DNA of 64,000 nucleotides from Giardia intestinalis (Eukaryota): NCBI GenBank assembly GCA_000002435.2, contig CM018793.1; one strand, 5' to 3'. Shown piece by piece: positions 61,411 to 64,000 of this stretch (position 1 is its first letter; each line of letters starts with the position of its first letter). The notes under the pieces were generated by a model. It saw only the letters and a program-made list of their open reading frames with translations, ran no database searches and was not told where the DNA came from. The position numbers and the translations under genes were made by a program.

Positions 61411-63750
61411 ATGCAGCTGCGACTTACTCGCGGACCATCACATTCATATACAAAGTGTACTGCGAATTTGTTGCTAGACCCCGTCCAAAACACAGATGAT
61501 CTTTTACTTTTTTATCGCTCTGCCCCCTCCCATGCCGTAATATTTTTCGCTCCTAGATACCACGAGCTCATTCGTAGAAGCCATCTTAGCCTTCAGCGCA
61601 TCATACATGACGATAACTCTAGCGTCGCGCTTTGCACCTTTGTGAGCCAGCTGTCTACTGCGCTCTCAGCAGCACACCTACAGTGTATGTTTACATATAT
61701 CATGACTAGTCTTCTAAGACGTATGTATTCTAATGTTCTTTCTGCACTAGCATTTAGAGACGATACGTATGTTTTCTATCATAAATCACATCCAAAATCT
61801 ATCAATTTCACTGCACCTTCGTCATCGCGGGGTGATTCGTTACCTTTGAAGAAGAGAACCGGGGATAACCGTCTTCTACACACAGAGCCCTGGCCTCTCA
61901 CCCCCATGCTTCGAAGACCTAGCAGCTATGCCCTTTTTAGATCCTTTGATGATTCGTGCATACACATGTGTCTAACTCTTCAGCCACGATACGCTATTAC
62001 AGATTTACAATCATTCATACAGTATGGCTCAAAGGTTCTTCCCAGGCGCACTCAATCTTGGGACCAGATTGTCAATGTTCCTCCCACAACTGATGGAACC
62101 GAACGGGTTCCGGCTATTGCATCTGCCATAAAGTGGAGGACTCGCAATCTGCTTAGACAAAAAACTCCTAGTGTGAAAGGGCACAACCCATTCTCAAGGC
62201 TAGGAGCTACCCTCAATTCGCCATATTTGCTCACTAAGTGTTCAAGAGATGTGATTCAGAGAAGTGAGTCTATACTAAAGACATCTCCTCCCAAGACATC
62301 AAGAGCTACCTCCAGAATGGATGACCCCGTTTTAAACAAACATTCAAAGAATGAGCCTCTCCATTCAGAACTGGCGCTGCTCAAAGAGCTAGACCCGCCA
62401 CTCACCAACAGCTCTCCAGTGCTTATGCAGACCACAGAGAAGTTTGTGTCAACACTAAGTAGCACCAGCCTTTTCGATGATCAGTCCCTGGTTAGTGGTG
62501 GTTGCGAGTGTGGACAGAATGAGCTATTCTCTAAACTTGTCTGCCAAAACTATGAAAGCCTTCCACCTTCTCAAGCTATTGGGCAACAAGATATCAACGA
62601 ATTCCAATTGTCAGCTCATCGAAGCAATGACATGAGCAACCTTTCAAATGGAAATAGTGGATTGATTCTGAGCCCGACAGTTTCTAGTGATGCATGCTTA
62701 GAGGAACAGCTCGTGCTACAAGGTTCTACTACTACCATGACCTCGGACCACTCATGTCAACTGGATCATAGCTTATCATCTGCCCATCAAGAATCCTATA
62801 CTGCACCATTGGTGACTCCCTATGAACAACATCAGTTCCCAAACGACATGGACATTTACGACCTAGATGTAGTTTCGTGCTCAACAGAGATGGCACCGGT
62901 AGCATTTGCTACTCCATTGAAAGGAGCTAACAACGAGAGCACAGAGACTAGGCCGGCCACTCAATGCTTACGTACTTTTCAGGTTCAATTAGAAGCAGAT
63001 CCAATGAAGGTACAACAAAAACAGCCTGCGATTAAATTCAGCATGAGAACGTCGCAAGTTGTTGATCAGTCTAACGTTGACCACTGTCCAAAGGTAACTA
63101 CATCACCAGTACACATAGAGGCTCCTCTCAGCGGTACCTCAATGATAAGGAAAAAAGCATATGCAATTGTAGGAGACAGAATCGCACATTCCCTTAATCA
63201 AGGAGCAATCCCCGCTATGTCACGTGATAGTCTTGCTTCTTTATATGCACTAACAAATAGCTCTTCCAGCGACAAAGCCAGCGCCGGTATCTTTGATAGA
63301 ATAAGATTGAAACTAAACGCCAGGCGCACCGGGATAACTAAGAACCTCGTCTCGCCTGGTCCCACATCCTTCAGCTCCTCCTACGTAAATTCTGAGAGTC
63401 TAACATGTGTGTCACTAGGGGGCAGTGGGCACACATATCTAATGAGCATGCTGCTTCTTCAGCAATCACGGAGATCTGCAAATAAGAAACGTGCATCTTA
63501 CGGTAGTAGCACTTTACTCGCGCCTTCGTCATCTAGAGCTGAGATGGGCTGGAGGCCTACAACAGCCATAGCTAATGAAGGCAAGATTGATGACCATAAC
63601 AATAATCCTAAGAATAGAGTTACCTCCCAGACAGTGCCAAAGAAAAGAATGCGGTGTCGGCATCTCGATGATCCTATAACTTCAAGAGACAAGGGCTCCG
63701 CAAGATGTAAGACCATTTTAAATTTAGAGATACCTCTGTCACAGAAGTAA
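61411..63750 (+). CDS. Hypothetical protein (779 aa), S/T-rich
   Basis: ATG verified. A long ORF with protein-like composition; no recognisable domain. Confidence 0.5.
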   Translation: MQLRLTRGPSHSYTKCTANLLLDPVQNTDDLLLFYRSAPSHAVIFFAPRYHELIRRSHLSLQRIIHDDNSSVALCTFVSQLSTALSAAHLQCMFTYIMTSLLRRMYSNVLSALAFRDDTYVFYHKSHPKSINFTAPSSSRGDSLPLKKRTGDNRLLHTEPWPLTPMLRRPSSYALFRSFDDSCIHMCLTLQPRYAITDLQSFIQYGSKVLPRRTQSWDQIVNVPPTTDGTERVPAIASAIKWRTRNLLRQKTPSVKGHNPFSRLGATLNSPYLLTKCSRDVIQRSESILKTSPPKTSRATSRMDDPVLNKHSKNEPLHSELALLKELDPPLTNSSPVLMQTTEKFVSTLSSTSLFDDQSLVSGGCECGQNELFSKLVCQNYESLPPSQAIGQQDINEFQLSAHRSNDMSNLSNGNSGLILSPTVSSDACLEEQLVLQGSTTTMTSDHSCQLDHSLSSAHQESYTAPLVTPYEQHQFPNDMDIYDLDVVSCSTEMAPVAFATPLKGANNESTETRPATQCLRTFQVQLEADPMKVQQKQPAIKFSMRTSQVVDQSNVDHCPKVTTSPVHIEAPLSGTSMIRKKAYAIVGDRIAHSLNQGAIPAMSRDSLASLYALTNSSSSDKASAGIFDRIRLKLNARRTGITKNLVSPGPTSFSSSYVNSESLTCVSLGGSGHTYLMSMLLLQQSRRSANKKRASYGSSTLLAPSSSRAEMGWRPTTAIANEGKIDDHNNNPKNRVTSQTVPKKRMRCRHLDDPITSRDKGSARCKTILNLEIPLSQK

Positions 63751-64000
63751 CAGTTATAGCTCTACTTTTAAACTTCTTCACGAGCCTGTATATCAGCGTA
63801 CACAACCCCGGTAATTATATATGCTGCCTTGGCCGACACCTTTGGTATTGTAAGATGCACCAAAGAGTCAGACTGAGTGATGGGTTTGTGTGTTCGTAGA
63901 TCGCCAAAGTCAGCGGCATTGTTGAAGCTATGGTTCTTTTCCACTGGTACCGCTGGACCGACGGGCTGTGAGACAAAGTGCTGCTGATAGATGCTGCCAT

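Noticed and set aside
1-64000. tRNA genes and spliceosomal introns
   Set aside because: No GTTCGAATC-type T-arm motifs or cloverleaf candidates were seen by eye. All recognisable genes are collinear with homologs without interruption. A proper tRNAscan or Infernal run was not possible.

Overview
The window reads as a gene-dense, intron-poor nuclear genomic segment of Giardia (intestinalis/lamblia-like). This assignment is inferred from sequence alone. The evidence: two variant-specific surface protein (VSP) genes with the diagnostic C-terminal ...CWWFICRGKA tail; a 1687-aa high-cysteine membrane protein (HCMP); two NEK-type kinases fused to long ankyrin-repeat arrays; AGTAAAC/AGTAAAT poly(A) signals immediately after stop codons; and very short AT-rich initiator regions directly upstream of ATGs. 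From about 6.9 kb to 64 kb genes are tightly packed on both strands with 11-50 bp intergenic gaps. Several products are recognisable: a DHHC palmitoyltransferase, an EEF1AKMT4/ECE2-like SAM methyltransferase, a PP2A catalytic subunit, dephospho-CoA kinase, an LSm protein, MsrA, Hikeshi, SUMO, a GINS Sld5/Psf1-type subunit, and a secreted LRR protein. The rest are coiled-coil or hypothetical proteins. The most striking structure is a 2,101-bp inverted repeat (38037..40137 and 46998..49098), at least 99.9% identical, carrying two VSP coding sequences in opposite orientation. It flanks a 6.86-kb spacer that holds the HCMP gene. One VSP copy has a canonical ATG plus MLLIALHLV signal peptide. The other has no in-frame ATG and no canonical signal-peptide region, so it looks like a silent or pseudogenised cassette. 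Next to it lie a decayed NEK-kinase fragment with an in-frame stop, and a full-length NEK-ankyrin gene whose catalytic HRD motif reads YKN (a predicted pseudokinase). The first ~6.9 kb of the window is anomalous for this genome: it is GC-rich (locally ~70%) and has no credible long ORFs apart from one candidate Myb/SANT-like ORF with its own AT-rich promoter. A second ORF-free, lower-GC block of ~1.4 kb lies upstream of SUMO. Caution: the supplied ORF track evidently accepts GTG/TTG/CTG as start codons. I re-derived ATG starts by reading the nucleotides where stated. Functions marked low confidence rest on motif-level resemblance only.
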